Shown here in pieces: positions 40,033-49,413 of a DNA stretch of 64,000 nucleotides. The notes under the pieces are model-generated. The model was not told the origin of the DNA and did no database searches. It was given only the letters and a program-made list of their open reading frames with translations. This DNA is from Caldicellulosiruptoraceae bacterium PP1. Lineage in GTDB: Bacteria; Bacillota; Thermoanaerobacteria; Caldicellulosiruptorales; Caldicellulosiruptoraceae. Numbering within the stretch: the stretch's first letter is position 1; each line of letters opens with the position of its first letter. Where the stretch lies: assembly GCA_041320695.1 (NCBI GenBank), contig JBGGOQ010000002.1, forward strand, positions 21,618 through 85,617. Reading direction: 5' to 3'. The position numbers were made by a program, and so were the translations under genes.

Positions 40033-40494
40033 ATGGCTGAAGAAATATTTAACTCTTTTGATAAGGCATTAAAAAATATATTAGGGCAATTTAACATGTT
40101 ATATGTAAATATAAATAGCTCATGTGATTTACAAAATATAGAAAGTAAAACACCAATAAATATAATATTAGGGCTATTAGGAGATTTAAGGGGTAGTGTT
40201 ATTATTGGTATGGATAATAAATTGGGCAATAAATTAGTAGAAAATATTAGTGACGGTTTTATGAATGATATAAACTCAGAGATGGCAAGAAGTGCTTTAT
40301 CAGAACTTGGAAATATGATAACTGCATATGCAAGCACAAATCTATTTTCATATGGATATAAAACAGATATCACTACTCCTACATTGGTTGTAGGAGAAGA
40401 CTTGACTGCAATTGTATGTAGAACTCAATCCAAAATGATGACTTATGTAACTGAACATGGAAATGTTCAAATGGTTATTGGGTTATGGCAATAA
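40033..40494 (+). CDS. CheC-like protein (second CheC/CheX-family member)
   Basis: 153 aa with an E-x-x-N motif (LSELGNMITAYAS). Confidence 0.6.
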   Translation: MAEEIFNSFDKALKNILGQFNMLYVNINSSCDLQNIESKTPINIILGLLGDLRGSVIIGMDNKLGNKLVENISDGFMNDINSEMARSALSELGNMITAYASTNLFSYGYKTDITTPTLVVGEDLTAIVCRTQSKMMTYVTEHGNVQMVIGLWQ

Positions 40495-40510
40495 GGAGCA
40501 TTATTTATAT

Positions 40511-41335
40511 ATGAAAAAAGAATTAGAAAGTATTTATTATAGAGAGATTAGAAGAATTATTGAAAATGAGTGTGGGATATATTTGTCCGAAGACAAAGAT
40601 AATCATGTCAAGATGAGATTAAACAAAAGGATGAATGAACTGTCAATACCGGATATTTACCATTATTTTAATTATTTAAAACAAGATAAGAAAGAAATTC
40701 AAAAACTTATTAATGAAATAACAGTAAACGAAACTTATTTTTTTAGAGAATTCGATCAGCTTAAAGTTTTTGGTGAAATATGTTTATTAGAGATAGCACA
40801 AGAAAAGAACCAAAATACAAGAAAAATAAGGATTTGGTCTGCAGGGTGTTCTACTGGAGAAGAACCATATTCATTGGCTATTATTGCAAAAGAGATTCTT
40901 GGAGATGAATTTGAAGTTGAAATCTTAGCTAGTGATATTGATCAAAATGTGTTGAATAAAGCAAAAATGGGTATATATGACAAAAGGTCAGTAAGGTATC
41001 TTCCAGATGAATATTTAAACAAATATTTTATTAAAGTAGAAGAAGGCTACAAAATTAACAATGAAATCAAAAAAATGGTAAAATTCTTTCATCATAACTT
41101 GATTAAATATGATGAATATAGTCTATTTAATAATGTGGATTTTATTTTTTGTCGAAATGTATTGATTTATTTTTCAGATGAGAATAAAGCTAAAGTTGTT
41201 CAAGGATTTTATAATGTTCTAAATAATGGAGGATATATTTTTCTTGGACATTCTGAGTCTGTAGGTAGATTATCTAATTTATTCAAGTTGGAAAGAAAAG
41301 ATGGATATATAGTCTATAGGAAACCTCATATATGA
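40511..41335 (+). CDS. cheR: chemotaxis protein methyltransferase CheR
   Basis: SAM-dependent methyltransferase motifs (IWSAGCSTGEEPYSLA...DIDQNVL...FCRNVLIYF). The ATG at 40511 follows AAGGAG. The ORF track extends to 40457 and overlaps the previous gene. Confidence 0.85.
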   Translation: MKKELESIYYREIRRIIENECGIYLSEDKDNHVKMRLNKRMNELSIPDIYHYFNYLKQDKKEIQKLINEITVNETYFFREFDQLKVFGEICLLEIAQEKNQNTRKIRIWSAGCSTGEEPYSLAIIAKEILGDEFEVEILASDIDQNVLNKAKMGIYDKRSVRYLPDEYLNKYFIKVEEGYKINNEIKKMVKFFHHNLIKYDEYSLFNNVDFIFCRNVLIYFSDENKAKVVQGFYNVLNNGGYIFLGHSESVGRLSNLFKLERKDGYIVYRKPHI

Positions 41336-41351
41336 ATGAGAGGTGTTATAA

Positions 41352-43166
41352 TTGAAAATAACTGTTTTAAAGACTGAATTTGATATTTTGGTTGATTTTA
41401 TTAATGAATCTAAAGAACATTTGGAGAATATCGACTCACTCATATTAAAAATAGAAGAAACACTTAATATTGATGACATTAATGAATTGTTTAGAAAAAT
41501 TCATACAATAAAAGGTTTATCTGGTTTTTTAGAAGGACTTGTTGATGTTACTGTCTTATGTCAAATTGTAGAAGAGGTTTTGGATAAATTAAGGAAAAAC
41601 AATATAAAAGTATCATCTGAGATAATAGAATATTTGCTTAAAAATGTAGATATTATCAAAAAGGTAATGTATAAATTAGAGGAAGGTCTTAATAAAGGTG
41701 AAGATATCAATTTTGAGATTGACTTTGATTTATCGTGGTCTTCAAGTCAGAAAGATATGTTAATTAAATCAAATTTATCTGAGAATGAAATTTCAGAAAA
41801 TAGCTTAGACAATAATACTAAGATTGAGAATGAATTAGATAAAAATCAAGAAGAGAATAGAAACTTAAATGTTGATGATGAATATAATAAAAACAATACT
41901 TCAAACAATGATAAATCAGAAAATAAAATTGAGTCAATTGATAATAACAGTACAATAAAAAATGAATATATTAATGAGGACATAAAAATCAGTTATCAAA
42001 AAATAGACAAATTATTAGGGTTAATAGGTGAAATTGTTTCTACCAAAAACTCTTTTTCATATTTACTAAAGGAAATAGAGATAAATAAAAACAATGAGGC
42101 TGTAAAAAAACTTTCAAACCAAATAAAATTTATACATCGTACAGCAGATGAGATTCATGCTGAAATTATGAATATGAGAATGATACCATTAAGCGGTATC
42201 TTAAAAAAATATAATAGAATTGTTCGTGATTTGGCACAAAAAATGGGTAAAAAAGTTGCTCTTAATATAGATTGCGGTGATGTAGTAATTGATAGAAATA
42301 TTGTTGAAAGATTAAATGACCCATTAATACATTTAATACGAAATAGTATAGACCATGGGATTGAAAAGCCAAAAGATAGGAAAAAATATGGGAAAGATGA
42401 AAAGGGAAATATTATAATAAAAGCAAATAATAGAGGAAGATATATTGAAATAAGTATATCAGATGATGGAAAAGGAATAGATACAAAAAAGATATTAAAG
42501 AAGGCAATAGAAAAAGGAATAGTAAGCAAGGAACAGGCTAAATCAATGAATGATAATGATATTATTAATTTAATTTTTTATCCTGGAATGTCAACAGCTG
42601 AAGTAGTAACAGATATATCTGGTCGTGGTGTGGGGATGGATGTTGTAAAATCAACCATAGAAAGGTTAAAAGGTGAAATAGAAGTAAATTCTGAAAAGAA
42701 CATAGGAACTGAATTTAAATTAAAAATACCTTTATCTGCTGCATTAACACAAGGTGTTTTAGTTTCATTTGAGGGAATAAATTATATTATACCTATGGAC
42801 TATGTGGAAGAAACTATAAAGATAAATAAAGACAAAATTGAGTATCTGATTGATAGAGCAGCAGTTAATATTAGAGGCGAGGTAATACCAATAGTTCCAC
42901 TATCCTATGCCCTTTATTATAAAGATAAGTTACCAATTAATTATATTGATGAAATAATGGGTAATGAATCTTTATTACCTATTTTAATTGTTAAAATAAG
43001 AAATGAAAAAGTAGGTATTGCAGTTAATTCACTAATTAGAAATGAAGAATTTGTATTAAAACCATTACCAACTGCTATAGCAAACAACAAAATAGCTTTG
43101 GGAGCCAATATTGATGTTGAAGGTAATGTAGTAATAGTATTAAACCCTGAATATTTTAATTTATAA
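41352..43166 (+). CDS. cheA: chemotaxis histidine kinase CheA (second copy), with an Asn/Asp-rich low-complexity linker
   Basis: Hpt (IHTIKGLSGFL), HATPase_c (DDGKGID...GRGVGMD) and a C-terminal CheW-like domain. TTG start 6 nt after GAGAGGTG. Confidence 0.9.
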   Translation: MKITVLKTEFDILVDFINESKEHLENIDSLILKIEETLNIDDINELFRKIHTIKGLSGFLEGLVDVTVLCQIVEEVLDKLRKNNIKVSSEIIEYLLKNVDIIKKVMYKLEEGLNKGEDINFEIDFDLSWSSSQKDMLIKSNLSENEISENSLDNNTKIENELDKNQEENRNLNVDDEYNKNNTSNNDKSENKIESIDNNSTIKNEYINEDIKISYQKIDKLLGLIGEIVSTKNSFSYLLKEIEINKNNEAVKKLSNQIKFIHRTADEIHAEIMNMRMIPLSGILKKYNRIVRDLAQKMGKKVALNIDCGDVVIDRNIVERLNDPLIHLIRNSIDHGIEKPKDRKKYGKDEKGNIIIKANNRGRYIEISISDDGKGIDTKKILKKAIEKGIVSKEQAKSMNDNDIINLIFYPGMSTAEVVTDISGRGVGMDVVKSTIERLKGEIEVNSEKNIGTEFKLKIPLSAALTQGVLVSFEGINYIIPMDYVEETIKINKDKIEYLIDRAAVNIRGEVIPIVPLSYALYYKDKLPINYIDEIMGNESLLPILIVKIRNEKVGIAVNSLIRNEEFVLKPLPTAIANNKIALGANIDVEGNVVIVLNPEYFNL

Positions 43167-43217
43167 ATAATTGAGAATATATTATATTAATTTTTTGATA
43201 TTAAATTTTAGAAAGTT

Positions 43218-45068
43218 ATGAAGGTTGATATTTATATGGATAATATTTTTGAAAAGTTAAGAAGTAAAAATATTATTGATAAGAATTTTCTGTATTTTGT
43301 AATACCTATATTAATTATAATTGCCATATTTTCTGTATTAATTGTTTCAAATATCTTCTTCAAACAGGTTGAACTTCAAAGGAAGGCTGAATTAAAACAG
43401 AAGGTTGAAATTGCTTATAATACAATTTTGCCAATAATAACAATGAAGAGAGAAAACAAGATTTCTAAAGAAGAAGCAATAAAAAGGATTACAGATATTG
43501 TAAGAAATATGACTTTTAATGATGAATTTTCAAAAAACTATATATTTATGAGCTCATATGATGGAACATATTTGGTACAGCCTTTTGAACCAGAAAAAGA
43601 AGGAACAAATCAATGGAATTATGTAGATATAAAAGGTAAATATATAATAAGAGAGCTTGTTAAAGCAGCAAAAAAGTATCCGCAAGGTTCTTATGTTTCA
43701 TATTATTCATATTTACCGCATTCAAAAGAATATCAACCAAAGTTATCATATGTAAAAGGTATTCCAGAGATTGAAGCATATATTGGAACAGGTATGTATA
43801 CCCAAACAACTTTTAAGAATTTGTATACCCTATTAAATATTCAGCGTCTTATTTTGATATTATCATTTTTGTTTGTTATTATGTTTATACTTATTTATAC
43901 ACAAAACCTAAATAAAAACTATCTTTTATTAAAGAACGAAATAATAAGAAGAAAACAATTAGAAGAGGAGTTAATAAAAGAAAAAAATGATTTAATAAAT
44001 TATCAAAAACAATTAGATTATATAGCCATTCATGATTTATTAACTGGTTTATATAATTATAATTATTTTACTTCTTTAATTTCTTCTTTTCCACAAAATG
44101 AAAGTTTACCATTAAGTATTATTATGTTTGATGTTAATGGTCTTAAATTAATAAATGATACTATGGGACACACCTATGGAGATAAGTTATTAGTGTCGTT
44201 TGCAAAAATATTACTATCTTCAAAAAGAAAAAATGATATAGCAATAAGAATTGGCGGAGATGAGTTTTTATTAATTTTACCTAATACTAATCATAAAAAA
44301 GCAGAGGAAATAACAGATACAATTAAAAGGAATATTGAAAAATATAACAATAATCTTAAAGAAAAACTCCTTGTTTTAAGTGTAGCAACTGGATTTGCTA
44401 CATTAGAAAATAATAATCAAAATTTGTTTGAGATTTATAAACAAGCTGATGACAATATGTATAAGGATAAGCTACTTAATAAATTAAGCTCAAAAAATCA
44501 GATAATTAGTGTTTTGTTAGCTGCTTTGGGAGAAAAAGATAATGTAACCAAAGGACACACTGATAGGGTTAAAAAAATGTGTGAATTAATGGCCCAAAAA
44601 TTAGATTTAGATGATACTCAAAAAAATAATTTAATTTTACTTTCTGAGATGCATGACATTGGTAAAGTGGCAATACCTGATTCAATATTAAACAAAAAGG
44701 AGCCATTAACAAAAAGAGAATGGGAAATCATAAAAAGTCATTCAGAAAAAGGTTATAGAATTGCTTTGGCTTCTCCAGAGTTAGGATCTATAGCTGAACT
44801 AATTTTAAAACATCATGAAAAATGGGATGGGACAGGCTATCCTCTTGGAATAAAAGGGGAAGAGATACCAATTGAGTGTAGAATATTAGCTTTAGCAGAT
44901 GCGTACGATGCTATGACAAATCTACGGCCATATAATAAGGTTAAAACTCATGAAGAGGCTATTAGAGAAATAAAATATTGTTCAGGTACACAATTTGATC
45001 CTAAAATAGCTGAAATATTTATTGAATTATTTGAACCTTATCATAGTAATTCGACCAGATTGAATTGA
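43218..45068 (+). CDS. membrane sensor diguanylate cyclase/phosphodiesterase (periplasmic Cache-like domain + GGDEF + HD-GYP)
   Basis: 2 TM (about aa 25-46 and 205-226) flank an extracytoplasmic domain. GGDEF motif IRIGGDEFLL. HD-GYP domain HDIGKVAIP ... HHEKWDGTGYPLG. Confidence 0.85.
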   Translation: MKVDIYMDNIFEKLRSKNIIDKNFLYFVIPILIIIAIFSVLIVSNIFFKQVELQRKAELKQKVEIAYNTILPIITMKRENKISKEEAIKRITDIVRNMTFNDEFSKNYIFMSSYDGTYLVQPFEPEKEGTNQWNYVDIKGKYIIRELVKAAKKYPQGSYVSYYSYLPHSKEYQPKLSYVKGIPEIEAYIGTGMYTQTTFKNLYTLLNIQRLILILSFLFVIMFILIYTQNLNKNYLLLKNEIIRRKQLEEELIKEKNDLINYQKQLDYIAIHDLLTGLYNYNYFTSLISSFPQNESLPLSIIMFDVNGLKLINDTMGHTYGDKLLVSFAKILLSSKRKNDIAIRIGGDEFLLILPNTNHKKAEEITDTIKRNIEKYNNNLKEKLLVLSVATGFATLENNNQNLFEIYKQADDNMYKDKLLNKLSSKNQIISVLLAALGEKDNVTKGHTDRVKKMCELMAQKLDLDDTQKNNLILLSEMHDIGKVAIPDSILNKKEPLTKREWEIIKSHSEKGYRIALASPELGSIAELILKHHEKWDGTGYPLGIKGEEIPIECRILALADAYDAMTNLRPYNKVKTHEEAIREIKYCSGTQFDPKIAEIFIELFEPYHSNSTRLN

Positions 45069-45149
45069 AGCACAACAAGCCAATAAGTAGCTGAGATTTA
45101 AAAATGTATAAGTGATTTGAGATATAAATAAGATATATCCTTCAATTTT

Positions 45150-45245
45150 AATATTAAAAATTGAAAAAGGCAAACTCGTCGAAAGACTGAGACGCAAAGC
45201 CACAGGCCTAAGGTATATATATGCTATGATGGCTGGATTGTCAAT
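45150..45245 (+). ncRNA. second c-di-GMP-I (GEMM) riboswitch aptamer
   Basis: GAAAAAGGCAAACUCGUCGAAAGACUGAGACGCAAAGCCACAGGCCUAAGG ... GGCUGG. About 75% identical to the aptamer at 34563 over the conserved core. Confidence 0.55.
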
Positions 45246-45329
45246 TGATATTTATAGATAAGGGCTAATAAAGAAGATTTAGGTAAAAAACAACCTCTAT
45301 ACTAAGTCTTACTTATAATAAGTTTAAAA

Positions 45330-45362
45330 CGGGCAACTCACATATTGCCTGTTTTTTTTATT
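45330..45362 (+). terminator. expression-platform terminator of riboswitch 2
   Basis: CGGGCAA ctcacata TTGCCTG followed by TTTTTTTTATT, 20 nt before the RBS GGGGGAAAA and the ATG at 45382. Confidence 0.6.
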
Positions 45363-45381
45363 AATACATGGGGGAAAATTC

Positions 45382-45561
45382 ATGAGGTTAGCACTATTAA
45401 ATGATAAAGTTATTGGTAAAAAATTAGGAATGCCTATTTTTTCATCAGAAGGAATAATAATTTTAAGCCAAGGAACTGTTTTAACTGAAAGAATTATCGA
45501 AAGATTGAGACAAATAGGTGTGGGAACAGTATATATAGATAATGAAACTTTGAAGAAGTGA
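45382..45561 (+). CDS. 59-aa ORF resembling the N-terminal regulatory domain found at the start of HD-GYP phosphodiesterases (orphan or truncated)
   Basis: MRLALLNDKVIGKKLGMPIFSSEGIIILSQGTVLTERIIERLRQIGVGTVYIDNETLKK*. The pattern (hydrophobic-G-x-x-L-x-x-D-I, G-x-L-L, G-T-x-L-T-x-x-I, L-x-x-x-G-I-x-x-V-Y-I) is typical of HD-GYP N-terminal domains. It ends in TGATGATAA, is below the ORF-track size cutoff, and has an RBS. Confidence 0.4.
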   Translation: MRLALLNDKVIGKKLGMPIFSSEGIIILSQGTVLTERIIERLRQIGVGTVYIDNETLKK

Positions 45562-45897
45562 TGATAAAGGAAATTTTGAATTCTTCATTTCGATTAAGGA
45601 CAATTAAGACTTTGCAGCAGTTATTTGAAAAGATCAAAAAGAAAAAAGAACTTGAATCTTTTTGATGCACATAATTATCGTTGACATTCTTAAAATGATT
45701 TATATTAGCTAAAACAATGCTTAAAGACTGCATTAGAGATATAGAATTGTATTATATTGCATTCACTGTAACAACTAAGAAAGTATTAAAAAATTAAATA
45801 AAGATAATTTATTATATCTATATTTATAAGTTTTCTGCTATAATAAATAATAGCAATATTTACATAATTTATTATTATTGTATTGGAGTCTGATAGC

Positions 45898-48800
45898 ATG
45901 AGTTTAAGATTTATTTATGGAAGAGCTGGATGTGGTAAGACACATTTTTGCCTTAATTCAATAAAAGATGATATAGATAATTTAGAACAAAGGCTTCATA
46001 TATTATTAGTACCTGAACAGTTTACATTGCAAGCAGAAAGAGAACTTATATCTGTTTTGAAAAATAAAGGAATAATTAAAACAGAGGTTTTAAGTTTTAG
46101 AAGGCTTACATATAGAATTTTAAATAATGTTGGTAGGGCTAATTTAAAAAATTTAGATTCTGCATCAAAAAATATAATAATATACGATATATTAAAAAAC
46201 CTAAAGGATAAATTAAATATTTTCTCTAATATTGCTTCAAAACAAGGATTTGTTGAAGAGGTTTCAGAACTAATTTCTGAGTTTAAGAGGAGCAACATCT
46301 CCTTAGATATATTAATGGATATCTTGGAAAAAGTTAAAGATGATAAAACATTATACAATAAACTTAATGATTTTTATTTAATATATAATGAGTACCAAAA
46401 AGAGATTAATAATAAATATCATGATTCAGAGGATATAATTACTTTAGCATTATCAAAGCTTGATGATTTATCCATTTATAATGAAGCTGAGATTTGGATA
46501 GACGGATTTTCATATTTTACACCTCAAGAATATAGAATAATTGAACAACTTCTTAAAAAAGCAAAAAGGGTAAATATTACTCTTTGCATTGATAGCTTAG
46601 AAGAAAATCCAACAACAAATTTTGATATCTTTCAAGGGACAAGAAAGATATATAAAAAAATAACTAAAATAGCACAGGGAAATAATATAGAGATTGAAGA
46701 TGCAGTAAATTTAAATAGTGAAGTGTTATATAGATTTAAAGATAGTCCTGAAATTGCCCACCTTGAAAAAAACCTTTACTCATATCCTTATGAAATATAT
46801 GAAAAAACAACAACAGATATCACCTTATTTACATCTAAAAATATGTATGCTGAAGTGGAAGATACTGCTCGAGAAATAATAAGCCTTGTAAGAGACAAAG
46901 AATATAGATTTAAGGACATTGCTATAATTACAGGAAATTTATCAGAATACCAAGCACTTATTGAAAATACATTTGGCAAATACAATATACCATATTTTAT
47001 TGACAGAAGGATTGATATAATAACACATCCAATAGTACGGCTAATTATGTCTGTCTTAGATATTTTTATTGAAAACTGGTCATATGAATCAGTTTTTGGA
47101 TATCTTAAAACTGGTCTTACAGGAATTTCTCAAGCAAGAATTGACATTTTAGAAAACTATGTTCTTGAGCACGGTATAAGAGGAAACCTGTGGACAAGTA
47201 ATAAAGAATGGGATATGACAGCAAGCTTTGATTTTGACGATATAGAAGAAACGCAAGGTGATGTTAGTGATGAAGGCAAGCAACCAAATAAGAGTAAATT
47301 CCTTGAACATATAAATAAAATAAAAAATGATGTTTCATCTCCTTTATTAAGGCTTATGGATAATCTAAATAATAGCAAAAATATGGCTGATTTTATTAAA
47401 AGTATCTATGATTTCTTATGTGATATTAAATTGCCAAAAAGAATCAAAAACTATGTTAGACTTTTTGAAAAGAACAATAATATTGAATTAGCAAACCAGT
47501 TTGTTCAGGTATGGAATATTGTTGTAAATGTATTTGACCAAATTGTAGAGATATTAGGTGATGATAAGTATACTATTAAAGAATGTTCAGATATTTTAGA
47601 ATTGTGTTTTAAGGAATATAACATAGGTGCAATTCCAGCATTTAATGACCAAGTTTTGATTGGAACATTTGAAAGGTCAAAAAGCCATGAAGTTAAAGCA
47701 CTGTTTATATTAGGTGCTAATGATGGTGCAATACCTTCAACCAGCACAAATAAAGATTTGTTGATAGAAAAGGATAGAAGAAAGCTTTCTGAAATTGGAT
47801 ATGATCTTATTAACAACACAAAGATAAACTCAATAGAAGAACAGTTTTTAATTTATAAGACTTTTACTACTGCAAATAAAATCATAAGGATAAGCTTTCC
47901 CATAGCAGACTTAGAAGGGAATACCTTAAGGCCATCTACTATATTATCAAGAATTAAAAGCTGTTTTAAAAATATAAGTGAGAAAAGTGATATTGTACCT
48001 ATTATTGACAAGCAAAAAGAGATAGAACTAATTTCGACAGCTATTCCTACTTTTAGTAATATGGTTTTATCATTAAGAGGTTTTATTGATGACAAAGAAA
48101 TTAGCTCTTTATGGTACGATGTATACAAATGGTTTTATTCTAAAGAAGAATGGCATAATAAATGCCAAAGGATAATAGAAATGTTTAAATATAAGAATAT
48201 AATACCACCGATTAGTACAGAAAAGATGCATAAATTGTTAATTAATAGAGGAAACAAAGATAATAGAATTGTTTTTAGTATATCAAAATTAGAAAGTTAT
48301 TCTGCATGTCCTTTTGCATTTTTTGTCCAATATATTTTAAAAGCTAAAGAGCGAAAGATATTTAATTTAAATCCGATAGATATAGGTAATTTTGCTCATA
48401 AAGTAATTGAAACAGTATCAATAGATATTTATAAAAATGAAAATAATAAATGGAACAACATTGATATGGAAAAGAGTAAAGAAAAAGTTAATATAGCTAT
48501 AAATAAACTTCTTAGTCAAATGGAAAGATCTTCTATACTAAATTCAACAATGTATAGAACATATATTAATAGATTTACAAAGGTTTTAGAAAGGTCTGTA
48601 TATACAATAGCAAAACAGATTAGTGCAGGAGAATTTCTTCCAGATGAATTTGAGGTAGTTTTTGATGAAAAAGGGAAATATCATCAAATTGAAATTGAGA
48701 TAGAAAAAGACAAAAAAGTCTATCTAACAGGCAGAATTGACAGAATTGATATATTTAAAGAAAATAATAAAATTCATTTTAGAATTATAGATTATAAAAC

Positions 48801-49413
48801 AGGGAAAAAATCTTTCAGTTTACTCGAACTATATTATGGACTACAAATACAGCTTATAACTTATCTAATTGCAATATGGGATAGATTCTCAAAGAATAAA
48901 AATATTATAATAAATCCAGCAGGTATGTTTTATTTTACAATCAATGACCCAATTATTAGATTAGATAAAATGGAGCCTATTGAAGAAATTGAAAAAGAAA
49001 AGCAAAAAGAATTGAAATTAAATGGTTTGATGATAGATGATATTAAGATTTTAAAAGCTATGGACTGCGAGCTTGAGGAAAATAAATATTCTTTTGTTAT
49101 TCCGGTAAGCATTAAAAAAGATAATACATTTACAAAAAATTCAAGTGTTATTAGCATTGAAGATTTCAAAAAACTCAAAATATATATAAGCAACCTTATA
49201 AAAAGCTTATGCAATAATATTTTACAAGGTAATGTAAATATAATGCCTTATAAATACAAAAGTAATACACCTTGTGAATATTGCAAATTTTCGTCTGTAT
49301 GCCAGTTTGATAATAGTAGTGGCAACTCATATAGAAACCTTACTAATAAAAAAGATGATGAGTTATGGCAAATTATAAGAGGAAGTGAAGAAAATGAGCA
49401 AATGGACCAATGA
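45898..49413 (+). CDS. addB: ATP-dependent helicase/deoxyribonuclease subunit B (AddB/RexB)
   Basis: N-terminal Walker A GRAGCGKT and a C-terminal nuclease domain with Fe-S cluster cysteines (CPFAFF...PCEYCKFSSVC). About 1171 aa from the ATG at 45898 (MSLRFIYG). The ORF track begins 15 nt earlier at a TTG. Confidence 0.85.
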   Translation: MSLRFIYGRAGCGKTHFCLNSIKDDIDNLEQRLHILLVPEQFTLQAERELISVLKNKGIIKTEVLSFRRLTYRILNNVGRANLKNLDSASKNIIIYDILKNLKDKLNIFSNIASKQGFVEEVSELISEFKRSNISLDILMDILEKVKDDKTLYNKLNDFYLIYNEYQKEINNKYHDSEDIITLALSKLDDLSIYNEAEIWIDGFSYFTPQEYRIIEQLLKKAKRVNITLCIDSLEENPTTNFDIFQGTRKIYKKITKIAQGNNIEIEDAVNLNSEVLYRFKDSPEIAHLEKNLYSYPYEIYEKTTTDITLFTSKNMYAEVEDTAREIISLVRDKEYRFKDIAIITGNLSEYQALIENTFGKYNIPYFIDRRIDIITHPIVRLIMSVLDIFIENWSYESVFGYLKTGLTGISQARIDILENYVLEHGIRGNLWTSNKEWDMTASFDFDDIEETQGDVSDEGKQPNKSKFLEHINKIKNDVSSPLLRLMDNLNNSKNMADFIKSIYDFLCDIKLPKRIKNYVRLFEKNNNIELANQFVQVWNIVVNVFDQIVEILGDDKYTIKECSDILELCFKEYNIGAIPAFNDQVLIGTFERSKSHEVKALFILGANDGAIPSTSTNKDLLIEKDRRKLSEIGYDLINNTKINSIEEQFLIYKTFTTANKIIRISFPIADLEGNTLRPSTILSRIKSCFKNISEKSDIVPIIDKQKEIELISTAIPTFSNMVLSLRGFIDDKEISSLWYDVYKWFYSKEEWHNKCQRIIEMFKYKNIIPPISTEKMHKLLINRGNKDNRIVFSISKLESYSACPFAFFVQYILKAKERKIFNLNPIDIGNFAHKVIETVSIDIYKNENNKWNNIDMEKSKEKVNIAINKLLSQMERSSILNSTMYRTYINRFTKVLERSVYTIAKQISAGEFLPDEFEVVFDEKGKYHQIEIEIEKDKKVYLTGRIDRIDIFKENNKIHFRIIDYKTGKKSFSLLELYYGLQIQLITYLIAIWDRFSKNKNIIINPAGMFYFTINDPIIRLDKMEPIEEIEKEKQKELKLNGLMIDDIKILKAMDCELEENKYSFVIPVSIKKDNTFTKNSSVISIEDFKKLKIYISNLIKSLCNNILQGNVNIMPYKYKSNTPCEYCKFSSVCQFDNSSGNSYRNLTNKKDDELWQIIRGSEENEQMDQ

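Noticed and set aside
45494-45733. 79-aa minus-strand ORF downstream of riboswitch 2
   Set aside because: Overlaps the 3' end of the plus-strand 59-aa ORF and an AT-rich intergenic stretch. No RBS and no family resemblance.
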